Below, one piece after another: positions 29,661-47,136 of a DNA stretch of 64,000 nt. Both the position numbers and the translations under genes were made by a program. Source of the stretch: Eledone cirrhosa (Eukaryota); the NCBI GenBank assembly GCA_964016885.1, contig OZ024746.1:82646001-82710000 (forward strand), given 5' to 3'. Position 1 is the stretch's first letter. The number at the start of each line of letters is the position of its first letter. The notes beneath the pieces were generated by a model. It ran no database searches. It saw nothing but the letters and a program-made list of their open reading frames with translations, and was not told where the DNA came from.

Positions 29661-31054
29661 TTTTAATATTGTCACGAGTTTTCAGTTAAATTTACATCGA
29701 CTTGCTGTTTGGATCCAGCCCAGCTCTGATCAAACAAATCTATAATTTAAAAACGTTCCCGCCTTGACTATCATCTATCTTTTTTTCCGCACAATTTATC
29801 TTGGACTACATTATCCAAAGTATTTAAAAAAAAAGAAAGGTAAAATGAGAGAAAAATTTGCTAGTTGTAGCAGGCCTAGAGATCACATAAATGTTCTGAC
29901 ATTGAGTCGATTTCTAGCTAACCGAGTGACTGCGTTGACTCATACTCGCTGTTATTTTGTATGAAATAATTCCACCTACTGGATCATTTGAGGCCTCACT
30001 TGAATTATAATATTTTACATTCTGATTCAATACCCAAACGAAGAACCATAAATACAAAACGGACCTTTCAAACGTACCCGTCGTCGTAGCGGCAGTATAA
30101 GTATCATGTGTTCCTGCGATGGTGAAATACCACCGCTTTCATAGTTTCCTTGCTTGTAAAAGCACGTTTGGTATAGCAGAGGTAGTAGCTATCACTTAAA
30201 GGAAGGCCAGGATAGGAATTATCAAATATTGTAGCAACATGTGTCTTAAGTGAATCTAAGGACGTGTTCTAGGCACTTCATCATTATTGGATTGTCAACG
30301 CTGAGCTTGTAAAGAGGAAGCTAAACAGATTATGTATTAGGAATTACATGGATCTGCGTTCAAACCTAAACCAGTTAGATTTTTATCTTTCATGTAAAAA
30401 TCAGTGGATAAAGCAGACTCACTGAATTTGCTGTGTCTGTGCAGGACCCAGTTCTACATTTTTATTTACCTATCTGTTTTGCCTCACTGCAGGCCGAAAC
30501 CTCACCAATTCTACTGGTTTTAGGCCGACCTGTCCTCGCTGGTGAAACGCGGACTGGATGATGTGGAATTTCAAATCAGAAAGTATTACCCAAGTAAATT
30601 TAGTTGGGAGAGAATAGTTAATTATTCTCTATAAAGCCGATATTCAGTTCTGGTATATTAAGCAGTATTCATTACTTGCGGTATTTATTTCGGCTCCTTG
30701 TGTTCTGAGTTCAAATCTCGTCAAGAGCAACGTTGCTTTTCATCCACTTATTATAAACGGATTGTTGAAATAATTATATACAGTCAACCAATCAAGTTTC
30801 TGCAGCTAGTGCAACCAGTTGTTGGAGTGTCACTCTAGACGTTTGACTGTGTCTCCAACACTAAAGGCTTTAGAAATGCTTGACACTGTCTATCTCTACA
30901 AGCGTCTAGCCCCCCCCCCCCCCCCGCAAATAGAAACAGTTACTGAGGTCCCAAAAATGTCCTAAAGCCAGAAGTAAGAGTCAGGTGACAACCAGTGTAC
31001 CCGTTCGTCCATAATTAAAGATTGCAGCTTAAATACTGTCCAGTTCAATTCAAT

Positions 31055-31385
31055 ATAAATATATTTAACTAACAGTAGTGATGTTTATAATAGTAAAAAC
31101 AATTTAATAGAAAAAGAAAAAAAAATTTTAGATTGAGAAGAAAGAATGGAATGAAAAATAAGAAAATATAAAAAAAAACGGAAAAGGAAGGGAAAATCAA
31201 GGGCTCTAGTGTCACAGAAGAATGGAGAGGGGGAGGGTGATGCGCTCTGGACCTAGGGTGCGGCGGTAATGGGGCTGTGCCCCGCGGACAAGACTGCAAT
31301 AGCATTCCCGCGGACTATAGCTAGCGACATCCGCTGCAATAGCCACCCCACCTCGCGGGGATCCTTCCTCAAACAGGTTGTTTCT
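31055..31385 (-). mobile_element. CRE-clade LINE 3' end
   Basis: DPREVGWLLQRMSLAIVRGNAIAVL, then a T-rich 3'UTR. Confidence 0.85.
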
Positions 31386-31502
31386 GATTCATAGATTGGG
31401 TAACATCTCCTCAAAATCCCTGTAATAAATACAGAGAAGTATTTTCGCATTATTGGTGAATAGGAACTGGAGATCATCTCTTGATCTCACTGACTGACTA
31501 TA

Positions 31503-31563
<61 letters not shown>

Positions 31564-31642
31564 TCTCTCACACACACTCATACACTCACGCACACAGAGT
31601 CACGCATTAATATATGCACACATACACATATTCTCCACACAC

Positions 31643-31673
<31 letters not shown>

Positions 31674-31814
31674 TGTATGTATGTATGTATGTATGTATGT
31701 ATGTATGTATGTATGTATGTATGTATGTACGTATGTATGTATGTATGTTTGTACGTATGTATGTATCTATGCATGTATGTATGTATGTATGCATGTATGT
31801 ATGTATGTATGTAT

Positions 31815-32100
31815 GTTCTTCTGGTTATATAATTTCACAAATTTTTTACCAATATAGAGAGAGAGTCGGTTTCTAACATAGACACAAGACTCTCTCATTG
31901 GAATTTACACAACATCAACTAGCTAGGTATGTATGTATGTCTGCATGTGTAGATATGGATGTTATTGTATGTGTGGATGTGTATGTTTTGAGTTGTATGT
32001 GTGCATGTGTATATGCTTTGTATCTGTACATGTGTATATGCAGTTATTAGATGCAAAATTTTTGGAATGTTTTACTTATTTTTACTGTTCCATTAATGGA
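31815..32100 (-). mobile_element. R4/Dong-like 3'UTR fragment embedded in (ATGT)n
   Basis: Homologous to 21800-21940 and 49741-49800. Confidence 0.65.
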
Positions 32101-32174
32101 TTGTATGTATGTATGTATGTATGTATGTATGTATGTATGTATGTATGTATGTATCTATGTATGGATATGTGAAA

Positions 32175-32335
32175 GCAACATGACTGAATGGTTAAGCAGT
32201 TCGATTTGCAATCTTTAAGTCCCGGGTTCGATCCCACTGTTCGATATCTTGCACAAATATCATTTACTGTAGCCTCGGGTGGACTCATGATATTTGAGTG
32301 AAATTGGTTAGACAGAAACTATTTGGAAGCACATC
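32175..32335 (+). mobile_element. tRNA-derived SINE family D; other copies at ~55995-56160 (-) and ~57345-57482 (-)
   Basis: TGGTTAAG A box and GGTTCGATCCC B box, followed by a shared TAGCCTCGGG...GTGAAATTGG body; resembles an octopus SINE as recalled, unverified. Confidence 0.7.
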
Positions 32336-32605
32336 GGAATGGCTGAATCTGTAATTCAAAGCGTCAGCCTTGTCACACACTGTATGACGCTGAATCTTCC
32401 TGAGAATTACATAAAGTGTACACTTGTCTGTAGAATGCTCAACCAGTTACCCGTTAAATTAAATGAGTAGGCTGTTCCGTTGATCGAACAACTGGAACAC
32501 TCATCGTCGAAACCAACGGAGGTCCGTTCCTTTCTTCCATGTATGCATATGAGTATGCACGTTAATATTTGTGCTAGAAATATACACGTATTTGTGTGCG
32601 TATGC

Positions 32606-32723
<118 letters not shown>

Positions 32724-32891
32724 CCGTGTGTGCGTGTGTGTGTGTGCGTGCGTGCGCGTGTGTATGTGTGCGTGCGTGCGTGTGTGTGTGTGTGTATGCA
32801 TGAATACACATATTCATCATACATATTCTATAGGTTATGATACTATAAATTAGTATATCTATATATCTATATATCTACATCTTTATCTATA

Positions 32892-32934
<43 letters not shown>

Positions 32935-33395
32935 ATATAATTATATATATATATGAACGTGTGTGTGTGTGTATATATGTGTATGTGTGGAGTGTCTATA
33001 TTTGTATGTGTGGATAATGTGTGCCTGTTAGTATGTACTCATGTGTTTATGTATGCTTGTATGTATGTGTACTTTTTTTTCCACCGATTTCATTTTTGTG
33101 TTTCTTTCTGTGTTGTCTTTTTCTTGATCTCCCTCCCCTCTCTCTCTCTCTTTCTCTCTCTCTCTTTCCCTCTCCTTCTCCCCCTCTCCCCCTCTCTTAT
33201 TCATACATATATATTTTTTCTTTATTTTTGAATAAATTGCGTCTTCTCTCATTTTGTCGCAAGACTGAGCTCCAAAATGGATGTGTTTGGCAGAACTTTA
33301 GCCATTCACCGCATATTATAACTGCTTTCTCTGAAAAATACTAAACTATACGTGCACCATTGAGCATTTACTATCGAATGAGGCATTACATGTGC

Positions 33396-33433
<38 letters not shown>

Positions 33434-33473
33434 GAACACAGATACACAGAAATTATATGCATACACCTCATAT

Positions 33474-33534
<61 letters not shown>

Positions 33535-33556
33535 CACGTATGTGTGTGTATATACA

Positions 33557-33618
<62 letters not shown>

Positions 33619-33703
33619 TATTATATATATATATAAATATATTATATATATATCTAAATATATTATATATATATATCTAAATATATTATATATATATATA
33701 TAA

Positions 33704-33783
<80 letters not shown>

Positions 33784-34059
33784 TTATATATATATATATA
33801 CATATATACATACACATATATATATAAATAAATATACATACATATATTTTCCTAAATACACACACACACTCACTCACACAGACACACAAACTCTGACAGA
33901 CACAGACCCCCCACCCCACCACACACACACAGACACACACACACACGCACACAGACACACACACACAGACAGACAGACACACACACACACACACACAGTC
34001 CGTCAGCTCCAGCCAGGCAGTAGTACGTTTCTTTTACATTTGTAGAATTATTCTTCCTG

Positions 34060-34180
34060 TCTCTTATAGTTGTTGTTGTTGTTGTTGGTGATGATGATTT
34101 CTGATGCCACTAATGCTGCTATAGTCGTTGTAGTTGTTACCAACGTGATTATCAGTTTGCTCGTGAGCACCGTGACTAAC

Positions 34181-34236
<56 letters not shown>

Positions 34237-34430
34237 ACATCATCATCCTCATTATCGTCGACGTAGTCTTCATTTTCGTCGTCAGCATCATTATCCTACT
34301 CCTTACTATGATCATCATCTTTATGATGATGATGATCAAGATGACGATCAAGATGATGATCAAGATGATGATCAAGGTGATGATCAAGATCATCATCTTC
34401 ATCATCATCACTATCATCATCATGACAATA
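34060..34430. repeat. (CAT)n/(GAT)n microsatellite tract
   Basis: Directly visible. Confidence 0.92.
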
Positions 34431-34954
34431 ACTTCCTTCAGAGGGTCCTAGATTAGGTGTAAACTAATTCATCCCCACGGGCAATTAATCTTGAAAGTCA
34501 AACATGATGGACTTTATTCTTATAACTATGTCTTTTTATATTACTTTTTGAGCAAATAAGGATGGTGTGTGGGTAGAATTGTTAATACGTTGGATAAATG
34601 AAATGCTTTGTGGCATTTAGTTACGGCTCTTTACGTTCAAATAACAGCGAGGTCATCTTTGACTTTCATTTTCCTGAGGTCGACAAAAATAAAGTACCAG
34701 CCAAGTACTGGGTTTGATATAATCGGTTTTCCTTCTCCCCAAAATTGCTTAAATTAGAAACCAATTAAAAAAAGAAGAAAAAACTGAAGACTCTGTTACC
34801 GAAAGATTTTGACTTATAAGTTTACAATTTGAACGATGTTATCCATTATTAAAACCAATTCCGATGATATACTTTTTGAAGCAAGATTATCTCTATATAT
34901 AAAAAAAAAAAAATCAGAAACAAAACTGGATTGATTTTTTTCAAAACACTTGAC

Positions 34955-35330
34955 GAGTTCCAAACATTGCTGGTGCTCTTGTTAGTGTATATGCCGTAGC
35001 ACTCATTCATTATTAACCCCCTTTATTGCCTTTCCTGTCGGGGTATCGCACATAAACTATAAATTGGGTATCTTTACTCATATCAATTGACTCATCTAGC
35101 TGAACACTAGCTATTCCACTTGTATTATTGCTGTTCTTTCAGATCTCTCCAAATATTACTAATACAACCACTGAACATATAATTTGAAATTGGAATATAT
35201 TGCAACTTGTTAGCAAGATCATTTCCACATGTAATACTAACCAAATCAATGGCTGCTCGTTTTAAAAGGACCTCTTCAAATGTATGGGACTTCTTTAGTT
35301 TTCCCAATCACCAAGAAACATATATTTACA
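34955..35330 (-). pseudogene. hAT Charlie/Buster transposase fragment (ZBED5-like)
   Basis: GKLKKSHTFEEVLLKRAAIDLVSITCG...IPISN...DLKEQ, then VQLDESIDMS..QFIVYVRY and APAMFG (canonical K.HTIGEELI, LQLDESTD, DGAPAM); contains stops. Confidence 0.85.
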
Positions 35331-35624
35331 TGGAGTCGTGGATGCCGTCGAAGCCAGCATAAATGAACAACTTTTTTATACCGTTTGCTTCTTTCCGATT
35401 ATAAACTATTTTCACCATAACATATCCTTTAAATATACAAATTTAAAAAAGCAATCTCTTATGCATATAAAAAAATGAACAATAAGAATATATATGCCAT
35501 AGTTTGAACATTCAATTTGTAGAAATAAAGACAGCAAATCTCGGATTAACCTTTTCAGAGCTATTCTAATCGTCTGCATTTCGGTGAACTTTGAATAAGT
35601 TCCTCTTCATTATTTTCGGTGAAT

Positions 35625-36015
35625 TAGGAGTATCGGTAGAGGGTTGAACGCCATGCTTTCTAGCATAGTTACTTCCCTTTACAGTCTGAGTTCAAATTCC
35701 GTCGAGGTTAACTTTGTCTTTGCCTTTCATCCTTACGGGGGTCGATAAAATAAAGTACCAGTAATGTACTGGGTAATTGCTGGCCTTGTGCCAAAAGTAG
35801 AAACAATTATTTTAGGATATATCAAATAGTATTACAACTTTAATGTATACTAAATACTTTGACATCCTAGAACGAAAGTAGACATTATAACATAGCAACA
35901 CTTTCATCCTTACGGGGTCGATAAAATAAAGCACCAGTAATGCACTGGGGTCTATTTAATCGACTTTCCCCTCCTCAAAGCTGCTGGCATTGTGTCTATA
36001 GTAGAAATAATTATT
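35625..36015 (+). mobile_element. SINE family A copies (35625-35810; 5'-truncated long form 35900-36015)
   Basis: Core and tail motifs. Confidence 0.88.
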
Positions 36016-36794
36016 TAAAAAAAATTCTTCTGAACAAAAATAGAACTTTTGAAAATTGCTTCGCTACCCACTAACAAAAAATTGGAGGTCCGGCCATCCA
36101 ACTTTGAGTCATGCTCCTGAGCTTGGAGATGATAAACAAGGGAGTAGTAGACTTCTGGAGAGAGCAACAAAGGCAAAGAGCAAAAAAAAATCCCTCGCCA
36201 ACAGAATATGAGCAATATGTATTTAGAGGTTCCCATCTGTCTCGTAAAATCTATAAAATTCAATTTTCTCCGCACAAAACACGAAGTACTGATAGAGCTA
36301 CCGAACGAACTTAAAGAAGAGGAAGGGACAAGTAAAATGTTGATGGAGGCGATTAAAACTACATTAGTAATTTATGTGCAACTATCTCGAGGAGGTGGGA
36401 GTGTAAAAATGTAAAAATGTTCACGGATACTTTTGTTTTGAAAACATGAAAGACTGCCAATGATGTCGGGTGTTTTATTCTAAACTTGCTAATAAGGTTT
36501 TCACTCACGCGGGGTTAGATCATTCAGTTTGTATTTCATATTTAAAAATTATATATTGTCTTAATTATTGTGTCTTTTATACACTCATATATTTATTTAT
36601 TTATTTAATTGTTATTTATTTTTTACTTTATATCAAATTTAATATGTTCATTTTATGAAGTCCTTATTCAAAGCCTCATTTTTATATGGTTGTTTAGCTT
36701 ATCTCCACATTTTTGTAATCTCAGCGTCTGTTTCTGTTTCTGGGCTAAAATGGGGCTGAAATGGGGTTCATCCGCGGGCTCATTGGAATAAAAT

Positions 36795-37130
36795 TACTTG
36801 ATAGGGTGCGCAGCTCGGAGATCAGAGAGTCACTCCAGGGTAGAGCCGCTACTTCTTCGAATTGAGACATCACAGCTCCAATATTACGGATATGTGGTTA
36901 GAATGTCTCAGGAAAGAATTGGGCAAATCCAACCGACAGGTGACCCAGATGTAGGCCCCGAACAAGATGATTATATAACATCCATGAATGCGGCTGGTCT
37001 CGCTTGGGAATCAATCCAAATCAATTGGGGACGCTTGCTTCCGACAGAACCCGTTGGTAGGCTTGTTTGAGCACTCTGCCCCCGCGAGTCATCCAGGAAT
37101 AAGTGGGTGAATAATGATAATAATAATAAA
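36795..37130 (+). mobile_element. RTE-clade LINE 3' end with (TAA)n tail
   Basis: VEPLLLRIETSQLQYYGYVVRMSQER...RPRTR...WSRLGI...DRTRW...LPPR. Confidence 0.88.
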
Positions 37131-37779
37131 AAGAAGAAGAATGGGAAAATGTGGTCTTGGCAAAATGTTATTATTTGGATTGGCGGAATTGTTAGAGTGC
37201 CAGACAAAATACTTTGTGATATTTGTTCTAGATTTTTACTTTAATTTACAAAGGAAATTGTTATTTTTTCTACGATTCAAAATAAAAATTGCTACAGTCT
37301 TAGTCTGACAAAGAGCAACCCTATCTATTGACTACCGAGGAATGTCTATAGGTGTCTTAGTCTTAACTCATGATTGTGGATCATAGCCACGGCATACCCA
37401 GTTCTTTGCGCAAAGAATTTTGGAAGCATATTGACCCCCTGTCCAGTGGAACACAAAAAAGCAGACGCTTTAATCTGGTCAGATGAAAACTGTGGTCCAG
37501 ATCGAATAAAACAACATGCAACTTGACCAGTACATCTGTCCAACGCCACATGACACTGGTCAGCGATATGAACTTGCTTCTCCAGGAACCAAAATGCCAA
37601 CCCGCTGACATCAGTTTCATTTTTGTTCTTAATGATGACTATTATGATGATGATGTCGACGACGACAAGGACGACAATAACGATGATGATGATGATAATA
37701 ATGTTATTGTTGGTAATGATGATGACAATGATGTTGGTTGTTGGTAGTAATAATGGTGATGACAGTTGTAGTAGTAATA

Positions 37780-37950
37780 ATTGTTTCTACTTTAGGCACA
37801 AGGCCAGCAATTACCCAGTACATTACTGGTACTTTATTTTATCGACCCCGTAAGGATGAAAGGCAAAGTTAACCTCGGCAGGATTTGAACTCAGACTGTA
37901 AAGGGACGTAACTATGCTAGAAAGCATGGCGTCCAACCCTCTTCCGATAG
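37780..37950 (-). mobile_element. SINE family A, TSD TAGTAATAAT
   Basis: Core, tail and flanking duplication. Confidence 0.9.
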
Positions 37951-38584
37951 TAATAATGATGATCATAAATATCTACATAGAGAAATAGATGAAGTAATAG
38001 AGGATTTTTTCGTGACTTTTTTTTGTTACCTTTTCAGACCCCATTAATTTTATTTATGTTGTATGGGTTCTTGTAAAGTAGCGTGAAGATAAAACTAGAA
38101 AGGTTCCATGTAGATATAAAAACTAATGTAATTTGGACGATGAAACAAAAGAGTATGAGGGAATTTGTTTTCTGTCCAAATTCTTTTGATTGATCTATAA
38201 AGGTACAGTCGAAGTGGAAGGGAAGAGAAAGAGATAGAGGTGATATAGTTAAAGACAAAATGACAGAGAGAGGTAAAATAAGGCAGAAAAGGAGCGAAAG
38301 AGAGAAAGAGAGAGTGAGAGAGAGAGAGAGAGAGAGTGAAGAGTAAATTATAAGAGAAAAAAATATAAAGAGGACTTCAGAAGTAAAAGACATATAATCG
38401 AGAAAAAAAAAAGACAAACACACACGCACAAATGTGTGTATATGTATATTTATATATATAATATATGCATCTATACCCCTCCCCCCATATATATATATAT
38501 ATATATATGTGTGTATATATATATACACACACACATATATATATATATATATACATATATGTATATACACAACCACACATAAAA

Positions 38585-38624
<40 letters not shown>

Positions 38625-39124
38625 CAACACACATATATATATATATATCGAGTGAAGGAGAGTTGGAAGAGATATAATAGTAATAGGTGAAAACAAAGGA
38701 AAGAGGAAAAGTAGGAGTTAAATGAAAAGAGGGAAGAGAAAGCGCAGGCGCTTGCATGTGTGTATCTGTATTTATCTGAGTATATGTTTATGTACGTGTG
38801 TTTATATGTGTATGATAGTGTAACTTCATGTATTTGTGTATTAAAGAGATGTAAGAAATATATACAAAAAATAAATTGTTAAATATTTTCATTATTTTTT
38901 TTTATTCCATTCGGAATTCCATTGGCAAAAAGACATGGTAACTCAACTGACTAGCACTACGTCTTTTGGTCTGTTGCAACTGGTCTTGCTAGATTAATTC
39001 TACCTGTACAGACATAGGAATAGAATAAACACAAACACATGCACACGCACACACGCACACGCGCACGTGCGTGCAACGCACACATGGACACACACACATA
39101 TTTATGTGTGTATGTATGTATGTA

Positions 39125-39163
<39 letters not shown>

Positions 39164-39219
39164 TTGTGTGCGTGTGTGCGTAAATACATGCATACATATA
39201 TATACGTGCACCCACATGT

Positions 39220-39256
<37 letters not shown>

Positions 39257-39756
39257 CATACTCTCACATACAACGTCCCTATCACACACACAACGACCTA
39301 AAAAAAACAAAAAAAAAACTGGAAGCAATAACGAAGGAACGAAAACTGCTTGGAATGAAAAAAAAAAAAAAAAAACCCCAAAAGATGATTCAACGAATGA
39401 CAACAAAACAAACAAACAAACAAATAAATAAAATAAAATAAATAAATAAATAAAATAAATGAATAAATAAATATATAAAAGTAAAAAAAAAAAAAAAAAT
39501 ACCAAACCAAAGTAAGAGAGGAAGCAAGACTGAAAGAAAGGAAGAAAAAAAAAAGAAAGAAAGGAAAAAAGGAAGGAAAGAAGGAAAGTAGAATAGAAAT
39601 GAGAAAAGTACGAGTAAAGTTAAAAAGAGTTCTAATGCCATAGAGGAAGAAATAAGGAGAAGTGAAGCTTACAGCAGACATTAGGTGGTATCTGAAGAGT
39701 ATTTCTTTATTTCTGTAGGTTGAGTTAACAAGAGTAAATAAGTAAAACAAACACCG

Positions 39757-39794
<38 letters not shown>

Positions 39795-39805
39795 TTTCGC
39801 TCTAC

Positions 39806-39836
<31 letters not shown>

Positions 39837-39841
<5 letters not shown>

Positions 39842-39912
39842 TCCGAAAAAATGTAAACACACTTCAACAGCATTCTAATAAATATGTCTATACATTCTTT
39901 TGGGACACCTTG
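39837..39912. mobile_element. Tiny Tc1/mariner-type MITE (~76 bp) in (TA)n
   Basis: GTGTCCGAAAAAATGTA ... TACATTCTTTTGGGACAC inverted ends in TA context. Confidence 0.7.
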
Positions 39913-39985
39913 TATATATGAGTTTGTATGCATACTCACATACACACATATGTATGGTGTATATATTTATATATATATATGTATG

Positions 39986-40053
<68 letters not shown>

Positions 40054-40512
40054 TATATATATATACACACATATATATATATATGTACACATATATATGT
40101 CTATATAAATATATTTATGTACACACACGCACACATATATATATATTTACACTCACACACACACATATGTATATATATATATATATATACACACAAAATG
40201 ATAACAAATAAATAGCAAGAAACAAGAAAACAAGAAACAAAATATCTATTTCTATTCTAATTCAGTGAAAGTTGTGTTGTTTTTCAGAAACCTTCAACAA
40301 CCTCCAATTTAGTTTTTGTAATTTTGTAATTTTCAAATCATCATCATCATCATCATCATTATTATTATTATAAAGAAATTATTATTATTATTGCTGTTGC
40401 GTATGTTTTTTTTTTTCTAAACATAAAAGCATAAATTAAAATTTAAAATTTTAATAAACGTTATTTCGTCTGGATCGTTCAAACGCATAACTTTTCTTCG
40501 TAGTTTGAGAGA

Positions 40513-40607
<95 letters not shown>

Positions 40608-40897
40608 AATTATAAAAGAGAGAGTACATTTAAATCAAGAGAAATGCTGTACTGTTTGTTACATAATTTAATGGAATTTTGATCCATTTCTGAAAAAAAA
40701 AATTGTAAAGAATGATAAGGATTGTTCTCCTTGTGTATATTCTTCAGCTGATCTCTTACAAGAGCTCATTACAAAAGGATACCATCCGTCAGTCAACTAA
40801 TAATTAAGTTAGATTTAACATACACGGTAATTACATGTATTACATTTTTTAAATAGATATATTCTTGAGGATATAATTTTCAATAGGTTTATTAATA

Positions 40898-41977
40898 ACT
40901 AGCAGTGGTACCCGGTGTTGCACGGGATAAGGTATTTTGGAACGCGGGCCGCCAACAGACCTAATCGTGTAAAAACTGCATGCGTGGATAATATGTAAAG
41001 AAAATAAACCGAATACTCTGATGGCTGGATAATCTTTAAGATTTTCCTCCATGAAGCAGGAAAAATGCAAGTTTTCACCTAATGCGGGCCCTAGTGGATC
41101 AAGAAAATGAATTTCTTTTATGTGCATAATATGCCTTGAAATTTCTGAAAAATCGGCTAGACGTAACGCCTCAAAAAAGCCCTAAAAAGCTGAAAAAATG
41201 AAGTTTTTCACCTAATGCGGGCCCTAGGGCATAAAAAAGTTGGATTTTCTTTGCTCACGGTATGAAGAAGAGACTGACTAATACATAGTTACAATTTCAA
41301 GGAAATCAGTCTGACGTAACGACTCAAAAAACCCCTAAAAACCTGAAAAAAAAAAGATTTTCACCTAAAAGTTGAAATTTTTCACCAAAAAGTTGAATTT
41401 TTTTATGAAATATAAGTAATACACATGTAAAGTTTGAAAAAATCGGTTGGGTACTTCTCGAGTTTTTGGATTCAAACTCATAGACACACACACACACACA
41501 CACACACACAGAGATCCTCATGGAAGTGACGTAATGCAGACAGTCAGACATACAGACATATATTATAAGGGTGCGACATTATATATATGTATCTATCTAA
41601 AAAGAGAAAGACTAAGAATTATAGAGAGACATCGCTAAATCGCCTAATGCGGTCCCTAGGGCATTGAAAATTTGAAATGTTTTTGCTCAGAACACTCCCT
41701 GAAACATAAGTATTACATGTGTAAAGTTTGAAAACAGTCGGTTGGGTGGTTCTCGAGTTTTAGGGATTCAAACTCACACATACACAGACAGATATCCTCA
41801 GTTTTATATATATAGACTAGCAGAAAACCACCCAGAAATGTATATATATTACACACACAGAAATGTATATATATTTCTGTGTGTATATATATATATATTA
41901 CACACACAGAAATGTATATATATTTCTGTGTGTATATATATATATATATTACACACACAGAAATGTATATATATTTC

Positions 41978-42010
<33 letters not shown>

Positions 42011-42412
42011 TACACACACAGAAATGTATATATATTTCTGTGTGTATATATATTTCTGTGTGTGTATATATATATATATTACACACACACAGAAATGTAT
42101 ATATGTTTCTGTAGCACTCCTCAATTCCCCCCTCTCTCCCTCCCGCTATCCCCCTCTTGTAGTCTGTCTCTTTCTTTCACTCTCACTCTCTCTCTACGCG
42201 TGCGCAAAAAACATTCGCACGCGCGCACGTGTTTTAGCGTCTATTCACTCTCTCTCTCTCCCTCTCTCCCTCCCGCTATCCCCCCTCTCGTAGTCTGTCT
42301 CTTTCTTTCACTCTCACTCTCTCTCTACGCGTGCGCAAAAAACATTCGCACGCGCGCACGTGTTTCCACTGTCGGACAGACAGACAGAGAAATTGCTGGT
42401 TATATATTATAA
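40898..42412 (+). mobile_element. Tandem non-autonomous Helitron/Helentron-like (DINE-1/Lep1-like) elements
   Basis: ACTAGCAG starts at 40898 and 41816; CCCGGTGTTGCACGGG subterminal hairpin; internal repeats (CCTAATGCGGGCCCTAG-like x3); (CAGA)n..TATATATA ends. Confidence 0.65.
41845..42110. repeat. ~50-bp minisatellite with palindromic units
   Basis: ACACAGAAATGTATATATATTTCTGTGT, about 5 copies. Confidence 0.9.
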
Positions 42413-42419
42413 GGAGATG

Positions 42420-42675
42420 AAATCTTTATTTAAAAAAACCCCGAAAAAACCTTATTTAGTAAGAAAAAAAAGGGGGGAAATAAAAGGAAAGAAAGAATAG
42501 GGAAATATAGAAAAAAAAGAGAGAAAGAAAGAAGAAAAATAATGGGAAAAGGGTGTGGGGCAAAAACTCTGGTGTCACAGAAGAGAGGGGATGAGGGGTG
42601 GGGGTGGGGGTGGGGTGGGTGATTGGGTATTGGGCCTAGGACAAGGGGGCAGGAGTGCAAAAGCATTCCCATAGG
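42420..42675 (-). mobile_element. CRE-clade LINE extreme 3' end
   Basis: Homologous to 31055-31310 (GCATTCCC = GNA codons; GTGTCACAGAAG). Confidence 0.7.
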
Positions 42676-42794
42676 TTTATTGTCATTACGTAAACACAGC
42701 GTAATGCGATTCTGAAGTTCTAGAAATAAGGTTTGCTGTTGATTTTCAGATTGTATCCTAAATCACATTAGTTATACTAGCATGTCATCTATAG

Positions 42795-42981
42795 CAGCCA
42801 TGTCAAACTGAGGGTCCCACGAGGGCCACATGGGTCACATATGTGTTGTCTGAGGGTCACACACGACAACTAATTGCGCACATTACAACTAATTTTACCA
42901 AGATAAAATATGCTCGCGCTGTAAAAACCTTTGTGCGGGTCGTAGGTGTGTTTGTTAAGGGCCGCATGTTTGACATGCCTG
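42795..42981. mobile_element. hAT Charlie-type MITE
   Basis: TIRs CAGCCATGTCAAAC / GTTTGACATGCCTG; 8-bp TSD ATCTATAG/GTCTATAG. Confidence 0.88.
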
Positions 42982-43302
42982 GTCTATAGAACAAGGTCTA
43001 TTTAAAGAAATAGTAGTCTATAAAATATCACTGAAGTAATCATACATTAAAAAAACCCCAAACAATCATAATATCTTTGGGCGACGACGCTAAAATATTT
43101 GCATCAGACTTCTAAGTGTTCTTTATAGATTAATTCTATCCTACTTAGAACTAAAATCATGAAAATTAAAATACTTAACATTTCACAGCCTTTATAATAA
43201 TCGTATTTAATGTATCAGTCACTTGCACCTTAATTTTACGAGCAGGCTGTTCCATTGATCAAACAACTGGATCACTCGTCGCTAGAACCGACGGAGATTC
43301 GG

Positions 43303-43360
<58 letters not shown>

Positions 43361-44227
43361 AGCAGCAACAACAACAACAATCACAACAACAACAACAATT
43401 ATGTTTAAATCACTTAGAACATGTTCTCAGTGAAAATCACTCCAAGGTCAATTTTGCCAGGCATCTTTCTACTGTTCATCTTGCCATTCATTTTTAATAT
43501 AAGTATCAACCAAGTACTTGGGTTGATATAATAGAATATACCAATGGAGACGGTGCTGAAGTCGACATGACGGTGCTGAACTCGACATGATTTGAACTCA
43601 AAAGGTCAAAGTAGTTTTTATTCAACGTTCTAACGATTCTGTTAATCCGCTACACTCCAGAGGTTCTCCATTTAAAAAATACAACTTTGACGTCATTCAT
43701 TCATAAATAATACACAGACCTCTTTCCCCCACAAAAGTTTTGTTAAGAATGTCTTTCATTTTTTCATTGTTTGAAGTTTACTGTAACATCTGATAAAAGA
43801 AAAAGAAATGAAAGGAAGAAGAAACAACACAAAAAGAAAAATAAACAACAATAAAACGTCATTATTTTCTCAAGAATTTAATTGCTAATTGACAAATAGA
43901 AAATTATATCTTTACAATATATTGGCAACCCGATTCATTTTAGCTATATCCTTAAGACCCCACATCACCCTTGAAAGTTTTATGTCAACACGAAGAAAAA
44001 TAAACCTTCTGAGTATATAATATTTGTGAAATCGATATTTTTTTTATCAATGTTCCAATACTAACAGTTAATTAGTGATGTCATTTCTATCTATTTTTGT
44101 CTTTCTCTCTTTCTCTATCTATCTGTCCACCCACCTATCTACCTATCTATTTACAGCTATCTATGTATATTTACCAATATATTTATCTTCAGACACTAAC
44201 AACAATAACAATTCCATTAACAGTATG

Positions 44228-44268
<41 letters not shown>

Positions 44269-44518
44269 GGGAAGGTAGAACAAAGTCCCTGTAATTTAAT
44301 AGATATATGTTTGATAATGATTAAAGAAAAATATGGAAGAAAATTATTGTATTAAAATCAATGTAAACTGAAATAGGGTGATAGCTGGAGTGACAAGAGG
44401 GAGATCAAGGAAAATCGAGGTTTCATGCATCTCTACATAGAATGTTGTAATCAAGGAATTATTAAATTAAATGTTTTTTTAATGATAAACCCCGTAATTT
44501 ATGACGAGTACTTTGCTA

Positions 44519-47136
<2,618 letters not shown>

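Noticed and set aside
44300-44325. miR-190-like string
   Set aside because: Partial match only, with no hairpin.
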